Shown here: in pieces, positions 19,001-29,122 of the stretch | How the letters are laid out: every line of letters begins with the position of its first letter | Numbering within the stretch: position 1 is the stretch's first letter | Assembly: GCA_965209055.1 (NCBI GenBank) | Contig: OZ242374.1 | Span: 704,001-768,000 of the forward strand | Direction: 5' to 3' | Origin: Acidobacteriota bacterium | GTDB taxonomy: Bacteria > Acidobacteriota > UBA6911 > RPQK01 > JAJDTT01 | Length of the DNA: 64,000 nucleotides | Program-made: the position numbers and the translations under genes | The notes under the pieces: generated by a model | Told to the model about the DNA's origin: nothing | Databases searched by the model: none | The model's input: the letters and a program-made list of their open reading frames with translations, nothing else

Positions 19001-20701
19001 ATGTTACTGGTCCGCACCTGGACACTCGCGATCCTGATCCTGTTCACCAGCGCAGGAAATCCCCTCCTCGCCGGAGAGGGCTCTTCTCCCGGCTGGCCGA
19101 TGTTCGTCGACGTTTCGGAGAGCGCCGGAGTCCCGTTTGTTCACCGTGCATCCGCCACCCCCAAGAAGTTCCTGATGGAGACCATGGGTTCGGGGGTCGC
19201 GCTGCTGGATTACGATGGGGACGGGCTCCTGGACATCTACCTGCTGAACGGGGCCAGGCTGACCGCCGGCATGGTCCCGGGATCGACTCCGGAAAAGTCC
19301 ACGCCCGACTACTGGAACCGGCTCTACAGAAACAACGGAAGCGGGAGATTCAGCGATGCCACCGAAGAGGCCGGAGTCAGCGGACGCGGCTATTCCATGG
19401 GTGTCGCGGTGGGGGACTACGACAACGACGGCCGTCCCGATCTTTACGTCACCAACTACCCCTCGAACCAGCTTTTCCGCAACCAGGGCGGCGGGACCTT
19501 CCGCGAGGTGACCGGGACCGCCGGCGTCAGCGGCGGCGGCTGGTCCAGCAGCGCCGGATTCTTCGACTACGACGGCGACGGAGACTTGGACCTGTTCGTC
19601 TGCCGCTACATGCAGTGGGACTTCGACGACATCTACTGCGGCCGTTCCGAGTTGCGCGCGTACTGCGACCCCACGCGCTTTCCCGCCATTTCCAACCTGC
19701 TCTATCGGAACGACGGCGGCGGGACCTTTACCGACGTGACGCGGAGCAGCGGCATCGGAAACCATCCGAGCAAGGGTCTGGGCGCCGCCTTCAACGACTT
19801 CGACCGGGACGGCCGGCCGGACATCGTCGTGGCAAACGACGGCGTGCCGCAATCATTCTTCCTGAATCAGGGGAACGGCGCCTTTCGGGAGGAAGCCCTG
19901 CTCAAGGGACTGGCTTTCGACGAAGACGGAAACACCTTCGCCGGGATGGGCATCGACTTCCAGGACTACGACCGGGACGGCTGGCCAGACGTACTGATCA
20001 CGACCCTCTCGCTGGAGACCTACGCCCTGTTTCGCAATCTCTCGGGACGGGCCTTCGACTACGTTTCGAAACGCTCCGGCGTGGCCGTGGCCACCCGGCC
20101 TTACTCGGGCTGGGGAACCTTCTTCTTCGACGCCGACAACGACGGCCGGAAGGACATTTTCGTCGCTCAGGGGCACGTCATGGACACCATCGAGTCCACC
20201 AATTCGACACTGAGCTACCTCCAGCCGCCCCTGCTGCTCAGGAACTCGGACGATGTCTTCATTGACTTTTCGCCCGGAAGCGGCCGCCCCTTTGGAGACC
20301 CCCATGCCGGCCGGGGAGCCGCCTTCGGCGACCTGGACAACGACGGCGACCTGGACCTGGTGGTTGTCAACATGGACCGGCGGGTCCAGATACTCCGTAA
20401 CGAAACCACTGGCGCCAATTGGATCAGCTTCCGCTTGAAGGGCCGCCGCTCGAACTCCGAAGGGATCGGCGCGGAGATCCGGATCACGCTGGACTCGGGA
20501 GAGCGTCAGTTCGCCCGCGTCTCCCGGGTCTCCAGCTACCTCTCCTCCAACGACGTGCGCTGCCACTTCGGGTTGGCGGAACATTCATCCATCCTGGAAG
20601 TCCGCGTCACCTGGCCCAGCGGAATCGTGCAGACGCTCCCATCGGTCGGCGCGAATCAGTTCCTGGAGATCCAGGAGCCGGAGGATCGAGGCCAGGAGTA
20701 G
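19001..20701 (+). CDS. CRTAC1-family protein (FG-GAP repeats + ASPIC/UnbV)
   Basis: ETMGSGVALLDYDGDG, GDYDNDG repeats, RGAAFGDLDNDG, C-terminal SYLS..HFGL..VTWPSG. Confidence 0.9.
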   Translation: MLLVRTWTLAILILFTSAGNPLLAGEGSSPGWPMFVDVSESAGVPFVHRASATPKKFLMETMGSGVALLDYDGDGLLDIYLLNGARLTAGMVPGSTPEKSTPDYWNRLYRNNGSGRFSDATEEAGVSGRGYSMGVAVGDYDNDGRPDLYVTNYPSNQLFRNQGGGTFREVTGTAGVSGGGWSSSAGFFDYDGDGDLDLFVCRYMQWDFDDIYCGRSELRAYCDPTRFPAISNLLYRNDGGGTFTDVTRSSGIGNHPSKGLGAAFNDFDRDGRPDIVVANDGVPQSFFLNQGNGAFREEALLKGLAFDEDGNTFAGMGIDFQDYDRDGWPDVLITTLSLETYALFRNLSGRAFDYVSKRSGVAVATRPYSGWGTFFFDADNDGRKDIFVAQGHVMDTIESTNSTLSYLQPPLLLRNSDDVFIDFSPGSGRPFGDPHAGRGAAFGDLDNDGDLDLVVVNMDRRVQILRNETTGANWISFRLKGRRSNSEGIGAEIRITLDSGERQFARVSRVSSYLSSNDVRCHFGLAEHSSILEVRVTWPSGIVQTLPSVGANQFLEIQEPEDRGQE

Positions 20702-20780
20702 CTTGCGGGGTCGGGAGGGGGGCGCCCCCCTCCCGAACTCCCATGGGCGGATGTGAGGAAACGGGATTGGGAGACCAGTG

Positions 20781-23294
20781 TTAGTGGAATCGCAACCCGT
20801 AGCTCACCCTGACGCCGCGGCCCATCTCCGTAATCCGATCTTTGATGAACGACGTGTGGTTCCGATACAGCTTGTTGGTCACGTTGTTGACCGTGAACGA
20901 CACGATGTGAGCCGTGCGCTCCCGCGGCCAGATATATGACCCCCGCAGATCGACCAGGGTGTAGCCGTCCGTTGAGGTCTCGCCGCGGTAGACTTCGCCC
21001 TGCCTGGCCGTGAACACAAACCGCGGATTCAGGGTGAATCCGCGATACGGCAAGTCGAAGCTCAACGTGCCGCGAAAGGGCGGAATACGCGGCAGCGCTT
21101 CGCCGGTCCCCGTCAGATTCGCGTCGACGCGCCCGAGGCCAAGCGTGGCCCAGGCCCTTCCGGCGAACCGGATGCTGCCCTTCGCGTCGAATCCGACAAA
21201 GCGGCTGTCGCCCTGCAGGACGTCGAACACCGGCAGGTTGTCGATCACTTCGCCGCTGCGGTTTCCGAAGATGAAGTTTCCGATGTCGTACACGAAGAAG
21301 TTCAGTTCGCCGCGGACGCGATCTCTCCGGTGCCTCAGGCTCACGTCGAGGCCGAGGGTGGACTCGGGGTCGAGATCCGGGTTGCCGATGTCGAAGGAGA
21401 GGGTGCCGACGTGGGGGCCGAAGTTGTACATCTCCTCGATGGCCGGAGCGCGGTGTGAACGGGTCAGGTTGGCGACCAGGGTGTTGCCGCCGCCGAGTCG
21501 CGTATGAAGTCCGACCGACGCCGACGCCCCCACGAAATCGCGGTCACGCGGGTCGGGCGCCACGACCGGAGGGTGCTCGTCGCCGTGGTCGTCATGGTGC
21601 TCGTCGTCGTGCTCGTCACCGTGGTCGTCGTGGTCCTCGTCGCCGTGCTCGTCGTCGTGCTCTTCGCCATGCTCGTCGTGGTGCTCGTCGCCGTGTTCGT
21701 CGTCGTGCTCTTCGCCATGCTCGTCGTCATGCGCATGGCCGCCGGTTCGCTCCGCCACCTGGTAGCTGTCCCGATCGATCCGTCCGCCGAACTGCAGGCG
21801 AAATCGCCCCAGGCTCAGCTCTTGGTAGGCGAAGGCCGCGAACGACCCCAGATCGGTCCGCGGCGCCAGCGCCTCGAAGCCTGCGGCCTCGAAGTCGCGT
21901 ACGCGGGCCCAAGCGCCGAACCTCCCCGACAGACGGCCTGTCTGCCGCTGGAAAACGTCGGCGCGGGCGATAAACGTGCGGTTTTCGTAAACGGTGCCGA
22001 CGCGTTCGCTGCCGCCCTCGATCTCCAGTTCGTTGTGGTTCCAGTCGATGAGGTTCAGGCTGAATTGCACCCCCTCGACGACGGGGGTGGCCAGATTCTG
22101 GAAACCGAAGTCGACGTGCAGCCCGCGACGCTGCCAGTCGAGCGCGATATCGGTCTCCCCGTGTTCGTCGTCCTCGTGTCCGCCGGACTCCTCCTCGTGG
22201 TGGTCGTCCTCGTGCCCGCCGTGCTCCTCTCCGTGGCCGTGGTGAGAGTGGAGTTCGCCGGCGACAGGCACTCCGTAGCGGCCGTCGTTCAGCGTCACGC
22301 CGGCGCTGGCGAAGAGCCGGTCGCCCGACCAGCCGACACCGGCCCGCGCGTTTCTTGACTCGGTTGCCGAGTTCTCGACGGTCCCCGCGGGGCTTGCGTA
22401 ATCGCCGGTGCGCCGCTGGCTGCCGCCGGCCCAGAAATGGACGCCGTTCCGCGCGTGCTGCAGTCCGAAGTTGGCGCCTGCCTGCCCGTTTGCACTTCCC
22501 AGATCGGCGCCCATCTGCGACCGCGTGCCATCGAAGAGCGACTCGCGATAGCTTGCGTGCGGCGAGATCACGTTGACGAGCCCTCCGACCGCGTTCGAGC
22601 CGTACAACAATGTCGCCGGCCCGCGCACGATTTCGATTCGCTCTGCGCCGTAGGGATCGACCGCGACGCCATGGTCAGCCGACTCGCCCGACAGGTCGCC
22701 GGTACGAATCCCGTCCTGCAGGATCAGCACCCGGTCACCGTCGAACCCGCGGATGATCGGCCGGTTCGCTCCGGGCCCGAAGTTGCGGACCGCGATGCCC
22801 GGTTCGCGCTCGAGCGCAACGGCAAGATCGCCGGCCGACTCTCGAATGACATCGAACGCATGGGCCGTCGACACCGCGTTGAACGCCTCGAGCGCCGTCT
22901 CGGTTCCGCCCGGCGAGGCCGTCACGGTCACCTCTTCCTGCAAGGGCGAAAGGCTTAGCACGAAGTTCGCCGTCGCCGTCCCGCCGGGCTCGACGATCAC
23001 CGTCTGCCGGCCCGCGCTCAGATGCTCCCGCTGCGCGAGGATCTCGTACTCGCCGGCGGGCACGTCGTCAACCTTGAACCTTCCCCGTTTGTCGGTCAGC
23101 ACGGAAGCGCCGGAACCGACGACGACGATCACCGCGCCGCGGATGAAGTCCCCGTTCTCCTCCAGCGTCACCGTTCCGCGCACGGTGCCGGTTTCGTTGG
23201 CCAGCAGCGGCGTTCTGCCGCCGGCGGCCACCACGGCCGCCACAAGACATGTCAAAATTGCTCGGAATATCTTTCCCACTCCCTTTCGGTACAT
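20781..23294 (-). CDS. TonB-dependent receptor with His/Asp/Glu-rich loops, probable divalent metal (Zn/Ni/Co) uptake
   Basis: Plug motifs RPIIRG and IEIVRGPATLLYGSNAVGG, barrel C-terminus. Two His-rich inserts. Start taken at ATG 23294. Confidence 0.85.
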   Translation of the reverse strand: MYRKGVGKIFRAILTCLVAAVVAAGGRTPLLANETGTVRGTVTLEENGDFIRGAVIVVVGSGASVLTDKRGRFKVDDVPAGEYEILAQREHLSAGRQTVIVEPGGTATANFVLSLSPLQEEVTVTASPGGTETALEAFNAVSTAHAFDVIRESAGDLAVALEREPGIAVRNFGPGANRPIIRGFDGDRVLILQDGIRTGDLSGESADHGVAVDPYGAERIEIVRGPATLLYGSNAVGGLVNVISPHASYRESLFDGTRSQMGADLGSANGQAGANFGLQHARNGVHFWAGGSQRRTGDYASPAGTVENSATESRNARAGVGWSGDRLFASAGVTLNDGRYGVPVAGELHSHHGHGEEHGGHEDDHHEEESGGHEDDEHGETDIALDWQRRGLHVDFGFQNLATPVVEGVQFSLNLIDWNHNELEIEGGSERVGTVYENRTFIARADVFQRQTGRLSGRFGAWARVRDFEAAGFEALAPRTDLGSFAAFAYQELSLGRFRLQFGGRIDRDSYQVAERTGGHAHDDEHGEEHDDEHGDEHHDEHGEEHDDEHGDEDHDDHGDEHDDEHHDDHGDEHPPVVAPDPRDRDFVGASASVGLHTRLGGGNTLVANLTRSHRAPAIEEMYNFGPHVGTLSFDIGNPDLDPESTLGLDVSLRHRRDRVRGELNFFVYDIGNFIFGNRSGEVIDNLPVFDVLQGDSRFVGFDAKGSIRFAGRAWATLGLGRVDANLTGTGEALPRIPPFRGTLSFDLPYRGFTLNPRFVFTARQGEVYRGETSTDGYTLVDLRGSYIWPRERTAHIVSFTVNNVTNKLYRNHTSFIKDRITEMGRGVRVSYGLRFH
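21573..21738 (-). repeat. Imperfect 12-bp coding tandem repeat (HDDE/HGDE units)
   Basis: Encodes HDDEHGEEHDDEHGDEHHDE... Confidence 0.85.
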
Positions 23295-23539
23295 CTTTCC
23301 TGTTCCCTTCCTGAGTTCCAACGGTTCACTGATCCGCCACCGTCGTGAATGGAAACCGCGTGGGACCTGCCATACCGCCGGACCCCGGGGAGAATTCCTC
23401 CAGGGGACACCGGAAGTCGCGGGCCCGCGCGGCGCCCGGAAAGACATCGGTCGCGCGGGGCGCATTTGCATGCTCCACCGATACGGGCGGTGTCGCCGGC
23501 GATGGCGGTACCAAAGGCGAACTAAACGTGTAATGGGAA

Positions 23540-23848
23540 CTAGGCGGGGGGTGCGCGGGCGGAGAGGCTGCGGAAATGACCGGATGAGATCCATCCGCCG
23601 TCGCCAGTCTGCTCCAGCGGCGCCGAAACGTCCGAGAAACCGATCTGCAAGGATCCGGAAAGTTCGGCGGCGGGCTGGTGCCTGAGCTGGCAGGCCACGC
23701 AGTCGTGGCCGGCTGCGTGCTCGTCGTGGCAGATGGCCCCAGCGAATGCGGCACCGGCGACTGCCAGTGTCAGGATGACGATCCAGGCGCGCCAGACGGA
23801 GCCACGTCGTGCGGGCCCGGTGTGCGTGGATCCTCTACGAGGCATCAT
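23540..23848 (-). CDS. DUF2946/CruR-like leader peptide (TM, CxxC, C-terminal RAPP)
   Basis: Hydrophobic helix, CHDEHAAGHDCVAC, ends ARAPPA. RBS GGAGG. Directly upstream of the TBDR. Confidence 0.75.
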   Translation of the reverse strand: MMPRRGSTHTGPARRGSVWRAWIVILTLAVAGAAFAGAICHDEHAAGHDCVACQLRHQPAAELSGSLQIGFSDVSAPLEQTGDGGWISSGHFRSLSARAPPA

Positions 23849-23956
23849 CCTCCGAGGTTAGCACAGTAGCGGTAGCATCTTCTTGAAGTGCTGTAAAATT
23901 CCCGACTGCCGTCCCGGTGATGAGAAGCTGGGGCTCGCTCAATCCAGAATGGGGTT

Positions 23957-24478
23957 TCAACGCAATCGCCTGTAATGGATCTCCAGCCCCTTGGTTTTTG
24001 CCTCCGGGGTCTCGTAATACATTTCGATCGAATGGTGATCCGGGTCGATCAGGGTGATGACGGAACTCTTGACCATGGATTGTCCGGTGATCGGATCGGT
24101 CATCTCTCCGGTCAAGGTCCAAACCGATCCGGATTCGTCGACCTGGCCGTGCTCGAACTGCATGACGGTCGAGCCGGTGTCGATCCAGAATCCCTCCCAA
24201 CGCTGGTCGGTCTTGTTGTATCCCCAGTAGCCCCGCCCGGCGAAGCTGGGAAAGGGACCCTCAACGTCATCACCCTGGTAGGTCTGCCGCAGAAAGCGTC
24301 CCCCCAGGTCCATGCTGTTGGTCATGACGCCGGTGGTGACCATGGGTTCGCCCGGACCCATCCAGATCTTGACCTCGGCTGTAAACTTGCCGACAAATGC
24401 CTCCAACCGAGTGTGCTCCTCATTCGGAGCGGCCAGGGCGGCAAAGTCGATGGGAGTTTGGTCAGCACCAGTGCTCAT
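23957..24478 (-). CDS. DUF1579-family protein
   Basis: EHTRLEAFVGKF, LGGRFL, FAGRGYWGYN, WIDTGST. RBS GGAGG. Confidence 0.8.
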   Translation of the reverse strand: MSTGADQTPIDFAALAAPNEEHTRLEAFVGKFTAEVKIWMGPGEPMVTTGVMTNSMDLGGRFLRQTYQGDDVEGPFPSFAGRGYWGYNKTDQRWEGFWIDTGSTVMQFEHGQVDESGSVWTLTGEMTDPITGQSMVKSSVITLIDPDHHSIEMYYETPEAKTKGLEIHYRRLR

Positions 24479-24499
24479 AAAGCCTCCAGAGAAAACGAC

Positions 24500-24578
24500 G
24501 GGAGGGGCGATTTCCAACGCCCGGCCTTCGTCGCCAATTTGTCACATCGGAGTTCGGCGGTTAGGAAACCGCGGCTCC
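24500..24578. repeat. REP doublet (REPIN-like), inverted copy of 7202-7281
   Basis: Its reverse complement aligns with 7202-7281, including the spacer. Confidence 0.8.
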
Positions 24579-24645
24579 GCGGACACGGTGAGAATAGGTC
24601 AGACTCGATTGCAGCACAATACGTGTAGCCTAACGCGGTTCCAAA

Positions 24646-25872
24646 ATGACCGGAAGTCCAAGAGAGTCACTGAGGCCAACCCGGCGTCGAGAACGGATCC
24701 CCTCGCTGGATCTGCTGCGCGGGTTCGCCCTCTTGGGAATTCTGATCATCAACATCCAGGTTTTTTCGATGATTTCGGCCGCCTACCTCAACCCCACGGC
24801 CTATGGGGATCTGAGCGGTGTCAATGGCTGGGTCTACGTCTTGAGCCACGTGCTGGCCGACCAGAAGTTCATGACGCTGTTCACGATCCTCTATGGCGCC
24901 GGCATCGTGTTGATGACGTCACGGGCGGAAGCCCGCGGGGCAAGCTCAGCGGCCGTTCACTATCGCAGGACGTTCATTCTGTTGGTGGTCGGGCTCCTGC
25001 ACGCCTATCTGCTGTGGGCCGGCGACGTGCTGGTTTCCTACGCCCTCTGCGCGTTGGTGGTCTTCCCGTTTCGCAAACTGTCCCCCAGGACCCTCCTGAC
25101 ACTGGGCCTGGGGAGCGTGCTGATCGCGTCCGCCATTTTTCTGTTCACCGGTCTGTCTTTGGGATATATCCCGCCCGACGCGATCGCCGAAATGATGGAC
25201 AACTGGAAGCCGTCGGCGGAACTGGTCCAAGAGGAGGTGACGGCTTACCGGTCGGGGTGGTTGAACCAGATGGAGGAGCGAGTCGGCACGGCGCTCTTCC
25301 TGCAAACCAAGGGGTTTCTGTTGTGGGGGCTCTGGCGAGTCGCGGGACTGATGCTGGTGGGGATGGCGCTTTTCAAGTGGGGAGTCCTGACGGCCGCCCG
25401 CTCACGCCGTTTCTACTTCGGTCTGGCCGCGGCAGGCCTGACACTGGGGTGGGCCCTGGCGAGTTACGGACTGGTTCGAAATTTTTCCAGAAACTGGTCG
25501 CTGGACTGCCAGTTCATCGGCAGTCAGTACAATTACTGGGGGAGCGTTCTGGTGAGCCTGGGCTATCTCAGCCTGGTGATGTTGATTTGCAAATCAGATC
25601 TGGCTGGGCGCCTCTTGCAGTCCATCTCGGCGGTCGGACGTACCGCATTGAGCAACTACCTGCTGCAGACTCTCCTCTGCACCACGCTGTTTTACGGACA
25701 CGGTTTCGGACTCTTCGGCAGCGTCGAGAGGACGGGGCAGGTGGCAATTGTCCTGGCGGTCTGGATCGTTCAGCTCATTGCTTCTTCCTGGTGGGTCAAA
25801 CGGTTTCGATACGGGCCTGTGGAATGGGTCTGGCGCACCCTGACCTATGGGAAGCTCCAGCCCGTCCGATAG
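24646..25872 (+). CDS. DUF418 (YeiB-like) membrane protein
   Basis: LDLLRGFALLGIL, VGRTALSNYLLQT, GPVEWVWR. Confidence 0.9.
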   Translation: MTGSPRESLRPTRRRERIPSLDLLRGFALLGILIINIQVFSMISAAYLNPTAYGDLSGVNGWVYVLSHVLADQKFMTLFTILYGAGIVLMTSRAEARGASSAAVHYRRTFILLVVGLLHAYLLWAGDVLVSYALCALVVFPFRKLSPRTLLTLGLGSVLIASAIFLFTGLSLGYIPPDAIAEMMDNWKPSAELVQEEVTAYRSGWLNQMEERVGTALFLQTKGFLLWGLWRVAGLMLVGMALFKWGVLTAARSRRFYFGLAAAGLTLGWALASYGLVRNFSRNWSLDCQFIGSQYNYWGSVLVSLGYLSLVMLICKSDLAGRLLQSISAVGRTALSNYLLQTLLCTTLFYGHGFGLFGSVERTGQVAIVLAVWIVQLIASSWWVKRFRYGPVEWVWRTLTYGKLQPVR

Positions 25873-25902
25873 GGGCCGATTCCCGGATCGGCGGGACTCC
25901 GT

Positions 25903-27516
25903 TCACCGCTTCAGCAGTTCATCCAGCGACAGCTTCTCGAAGACCAGGTCCGACCGGCTTCCCTCGTAGACGATCCCCACGTGCCGGTCGTCGATCCGGG
26001 TGATGCCGGGATACCCCCGCCCCAGGCCCTCGTCCAGCAGAATCTGGTAGTCCTCGGGCCAGGTCATCCCGTCGTCGAAGCTGACCTTGACGGTGTGGTG
26101 ATGCCGTCCGTCGGGCGAGTTGGGATTGGCGAACAGCAGAATGTACTTCGACTCCCCCTCTTCCTCGTAGTCGAATCGAAAGAGGCTGGCGTTGCAATTC
26201 GGTTCGACCAACGCCTTGCGGTTGGTTTCGTGCGGAATCCAGGTGATGCCCAGATCCCAGGTCACAAAGACGGCCCGGTACGGCTCCGGCTTGTCGTTGC
26301 GCATGTTGAGCATGATGGACCCGTCGCCGAGCTGCACCGCCAGGGTTTCGTTGCCTCCGCTGAAGGCCGGGTTGCTCACCGTCCAGGTGGCGCCGTGGTC
26401 GCGGCTGTAGGTGATATTGCCAAACGGATACCCGGTCTCGTCGCGCCCCTGGGTCGGCATGACGATGGTCCCGTCGGAAAGGGTGATCCCCCGGTTCGGC
26501 GCCGGGGCGAAGAGCCACCACTCCGGTTTCTTCAGTTTCCGGGTGATGTTCTCCGGCTCGGTCCAGGTGAGGCCGTCGTCCGTGGAACGAACCATCAGGA
26601 TCTGGGCCGTCTTTCCGATTTCATATCCCGGCTCGGAGCCGTCGTCGCGCCACTGGTGTTTGCCCGGTTTGCCCCACATCCAGACGGCGGTGACGAAGAT
26701 CTCTCCGGTGTTCTCGTCCACGAGGATGCCGGGGTCGCTGACCCCGTTCTCCTCCTGGGGCAGTCCGCCCCATTCCCCCATGTCCATGATGGCCCGCTGT
26801 GGCTCCCAGGTCTGGCCGCCGTCGGTGCTGCGGATGAGCCCGATATCGATATGTTCCTGCAAGTCTCGCGACTTCCGCCACCGCATGTCGTAGACGCAAA
26901 GCAGGGTGCCCTTGGGCGTCGTGGCGATCGCCGGAATGCGGTAGGTATGGACTCCGTCGTCCATGTGTTTGCGCAGCGCCAGGCCGATCCGTTTGCGGAC
27001 GCCGGGAGTCGTGTCCGTCGGAGTCAGCACTCCTGCGGAAGTGTTCACGGAAGTGCAGACGGCATCGGTCTTGTTTCCTAACTCGGCGGTGGGGCGCAAC
27101 CGGACGGAAAGCCAGAAGACATTCTTACCTGGTGACAGTTCCTGATTTCCCGTGAAGACGACCTGCTCGGCCGGTCGAGCGGGATCGCCGAACCTGTTCC
27201 CTGTCCCGAATTCCTCCTGGTCACCCGAGTAGAACAACTCCAGGGTCTCGATGTCGTTCAGGTCGTCCGTACCGCTGAGCTTGAAGAGGAACAATCCGGC
27301 GGTGTGGCCGGCGCCCTGGGCTTCGACAGTCAGTCGCAACAGCGGATTGTGGTCATTGCGGATAAGCACCGGATGCACCCGTTGGGCAGCAGTGATTTCC
27401 AAGCTGCCGGAGAACATTCCTGCACATCCATGAAGAGCCGGCAGGAGCAGGAGCAAGGCTGCATGTCCCTTCGCCATCAAACGGGTCAGTCTGGGAAATC
27501 CTTTTCCGGTCTTCAT
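25903..27516 (-). CDS. Exo-alpha-sialidase (GH33), probable lipoprotein
   Basis: YRIP motif. Asp-boxes STDGGQTW, STDDGLTW, SRDHGATW, SFDDGMTW. Lipobox-like LHGC. Confidence 0.9.
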   Translation of the reverse strand: MKTGKGFPRLTRLMAKGHAALLLLLPALHGCAGMFSGSLEITAAQRVHPVLIRNDHNPLLRLTVEAQGAGHTAGLFLFKLSGTDDLNDIETLELFYSGDQEEFGTGNRFGDPARPAEQVVFTGNQELSPGKNVFWLSVRLRPTAELGNKTDAVCTSVNTSAGVLTPTDTTPGVRKRIGLALRKHMDDGVHTYRIPAIATTPKGTLLCVYDMRWRKSRDLQEHIDIGLIRSTDGGQTWEPQRAIMDMGEWGGLPQEENGVSDPGILVDENTGEIFVTAVWMWGKPGKHQWRDDGSEPGYEIGKTAQILMVRSTDDGLTWTEPENITRKLKKPEWWLFAPAPNRGITLSDGTIVMPTQGRDETGYPFGNITYSRDHGATWTVSNPAFSGGNETLAVQLGDGSIMLNMRNDKPEPYRAVFVTWDLGITWIPHETNRKALVEPNCNASLFRFDYEEEGESKYILLFANPNSPDGRHHHTVKVSFDDGMTWPEDYQILLDEGLGRGYPGITRIDDRHVGIVYEGSRSDLVFEKLSLDELLKR

Positions 27517-27639
27517 GGGTTCTCCTCCATTGGCCTTGTCGGGTATCGGTCCATCTGGATTTGATACTACTCTCATTGCGGTCGCTTCTCTTGAGTCTTA
27601 ACCCTGGTTTGGGAAAGAGGCCCAAGGGGTGACCCTTGG

Positions 27640-28359
27640 TCAGAGGCGGATCGTGGCCAGATAGATGCTGGTCTTGCCTTCATGGGAAGAATAGTAGCTG
27701 AGCCAGAGAAGTCCTTCGTACCAAACCATCCCCGGATAGCTCGTGTCGCCGCCGCTGGGGAGCTTGAGGACAGGTTCGTAGCCGGTCAAGGTCAATCTGG
27801 CCAGGACGGTGAAGGGCTCTCCCTGGGTCCAGGCGCCGATCACGGGCGTTCCCCGCGGATACCCCCGGGACGCGGCCCACAATGATCCGTCTGGTATACG
27901 GACGAAATTGGGTCCGCCCAGACGGTGTTTCAGCTTGTGAAACGTCCATTCCCGGTAGGGAGGCGGGCTGCTTCCAACCCAACCCGGCCGGATCAGAGCT
28001 ACCATCCGGTCGTCCGGCAGGAAACGGACGGTGGTTTCGCTGGGAGCCGTCTTTCGAGCCTCGGGCGTCAGGCCGGGCAGCTTGAACTCCGTGATCCAGT
28101 TCCATTCGATCCCGTCGGTCGTCCAGTAGAGGAATGCTCGCCGGGGGGTGGCGGTCTCACCCAATTTGGAGACGCCGTAGCCTCGTCCCCCCTCCCGGAA
28201 GGTGCAGAATCATTTCCCCTGATGGCGGACCAGGTCGGTGAAGGCGCTATGAGGCGCCCGGTCCCAGATCTTTCGGACCGAAATGATCTCCGGTGCACTG
28301 GCCGTCGCTACGGTGGCGCCTACCCACGAGAAGAAAAGGATGCGGAGAACGGGCGTCAT
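27640..28359 (-). pseudogene. Disrupted sialidase-fold/BNR-like secreted protein
   Basis: ATG 28359 with RBS and signal peptide, HSAFTDL..GK*FCTFREG (TGA at 28212-28210). Frame then changes near 28185 into the C-terminal GGDTSYPG...YYSSHEGK part; the middle appears deleted. Confidence 0.75.
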
Positions 28360-28546
28360 CTCTTGCTCCGTCAGTTGGAAAGGATGTGCTTAGTTTGGAT
28401 CCTATCGAGCCAATCCAGCACTGCAAAATACCGTCCGCCAGAGCGTCCGCTATAATGCTCCCAACAGCTTCGAAACACTCACGATTCGGAAGTCTTTCAC
28501 GGTGGATTCGTAGTCGGTAGAGAATCACACCAGTTGGGAGGATGGT

Positions 28547-28861
28547 TTGCTTGAGTGGTGGCCGTTGTTGCTAGGCTGGCCCGCCGTTTTTTTGTCGGTG
28601 ACCTTGGCTGTGTTTGGGATCGTGTCCGCAAAACCTGGTTTGATTCTCGTGGCGGCTGTCTTGGCGACTCCGTTCAGCCTCTATCTAAGCGCTGTTTGGA
28701 ACAATGGTATTTGGGTCTCAGTTGTCTATGCGGCCTTTCCGCTTACATTTGTTGCCGCTGCTTACACCGTCAAGCATCGTCGGCCATGGATAGCCTGGTG
28801 TCTGCTTGTTCCCTTCGTAGGTGTGGTCATAAGAATTTTTATCGACGTGATCAGTCGGTGA
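28547..28861 (+). CDS. Small hypothetical membrane protein
   Basis: RBS GGAGG, TTG start, ~4 TM segments, lower GC. Confidence 0.5.
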   Translation: MLEWWPLLLGWPAVFLSVTLAVFGIVSAKPGLILVAAVLATPFSLYLSAVWNNGIWVSVVYAAFPLTFVAAAYTVKHRRPWIAWCLLVPFVGVVIRIFIDVISR

Positions 28862-28939
28862 AATCAATCGCACCTCTCTACCGGCCTCACGACAAGTAAG
28901 CGGACCGAAGAGAAGGGGACAGTCATCATTGTCACGCCG

Positions 28940-29085
28940 CTCGCGAAGGATGATTTCCTGCACCTTCATCGTCCGCTCCACGGCGCGCGGCGGATACAGT
29001 TCCATCCCCACCTCCTCTTTGTGGGGGTAAAAGCTCATCCTAACCTCGCCCTCAATGGACCGGACACTTCAGGTGCTAACGAAAC
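28940..29085 (-). mobile_element. Remnant 5' end of an ISNCY/IS1202-like element
   Basis: RBS GGAGG then MELYPPRAVERTMKVQEIILR, resembling an ISNCY transposase N-terminus, then truncated. Subterminal-like GTTAGCACCTGAAGTGTCCGGT. Confidence 0.5.
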
Positions 29086-29122
29086 CGGTGCACGGGGTGC
29101 ACGACAAAAAGGTGACGACGGA

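Noticed and set aside
28210-28212. In-frame TGA in the BNR-like gene as recoding or an alternative genetic code
   Set aside because: It most likely replaces Trp (K-W-FCTFRE), the gene has a further frameshift/deletion, and many genes here use TGA as a normal stop.
28500-28525. tRNA-Arg-like anticodon string (GACTACGAATC on minus)
   Set aside because: No cloverleaf or T-loop around it.
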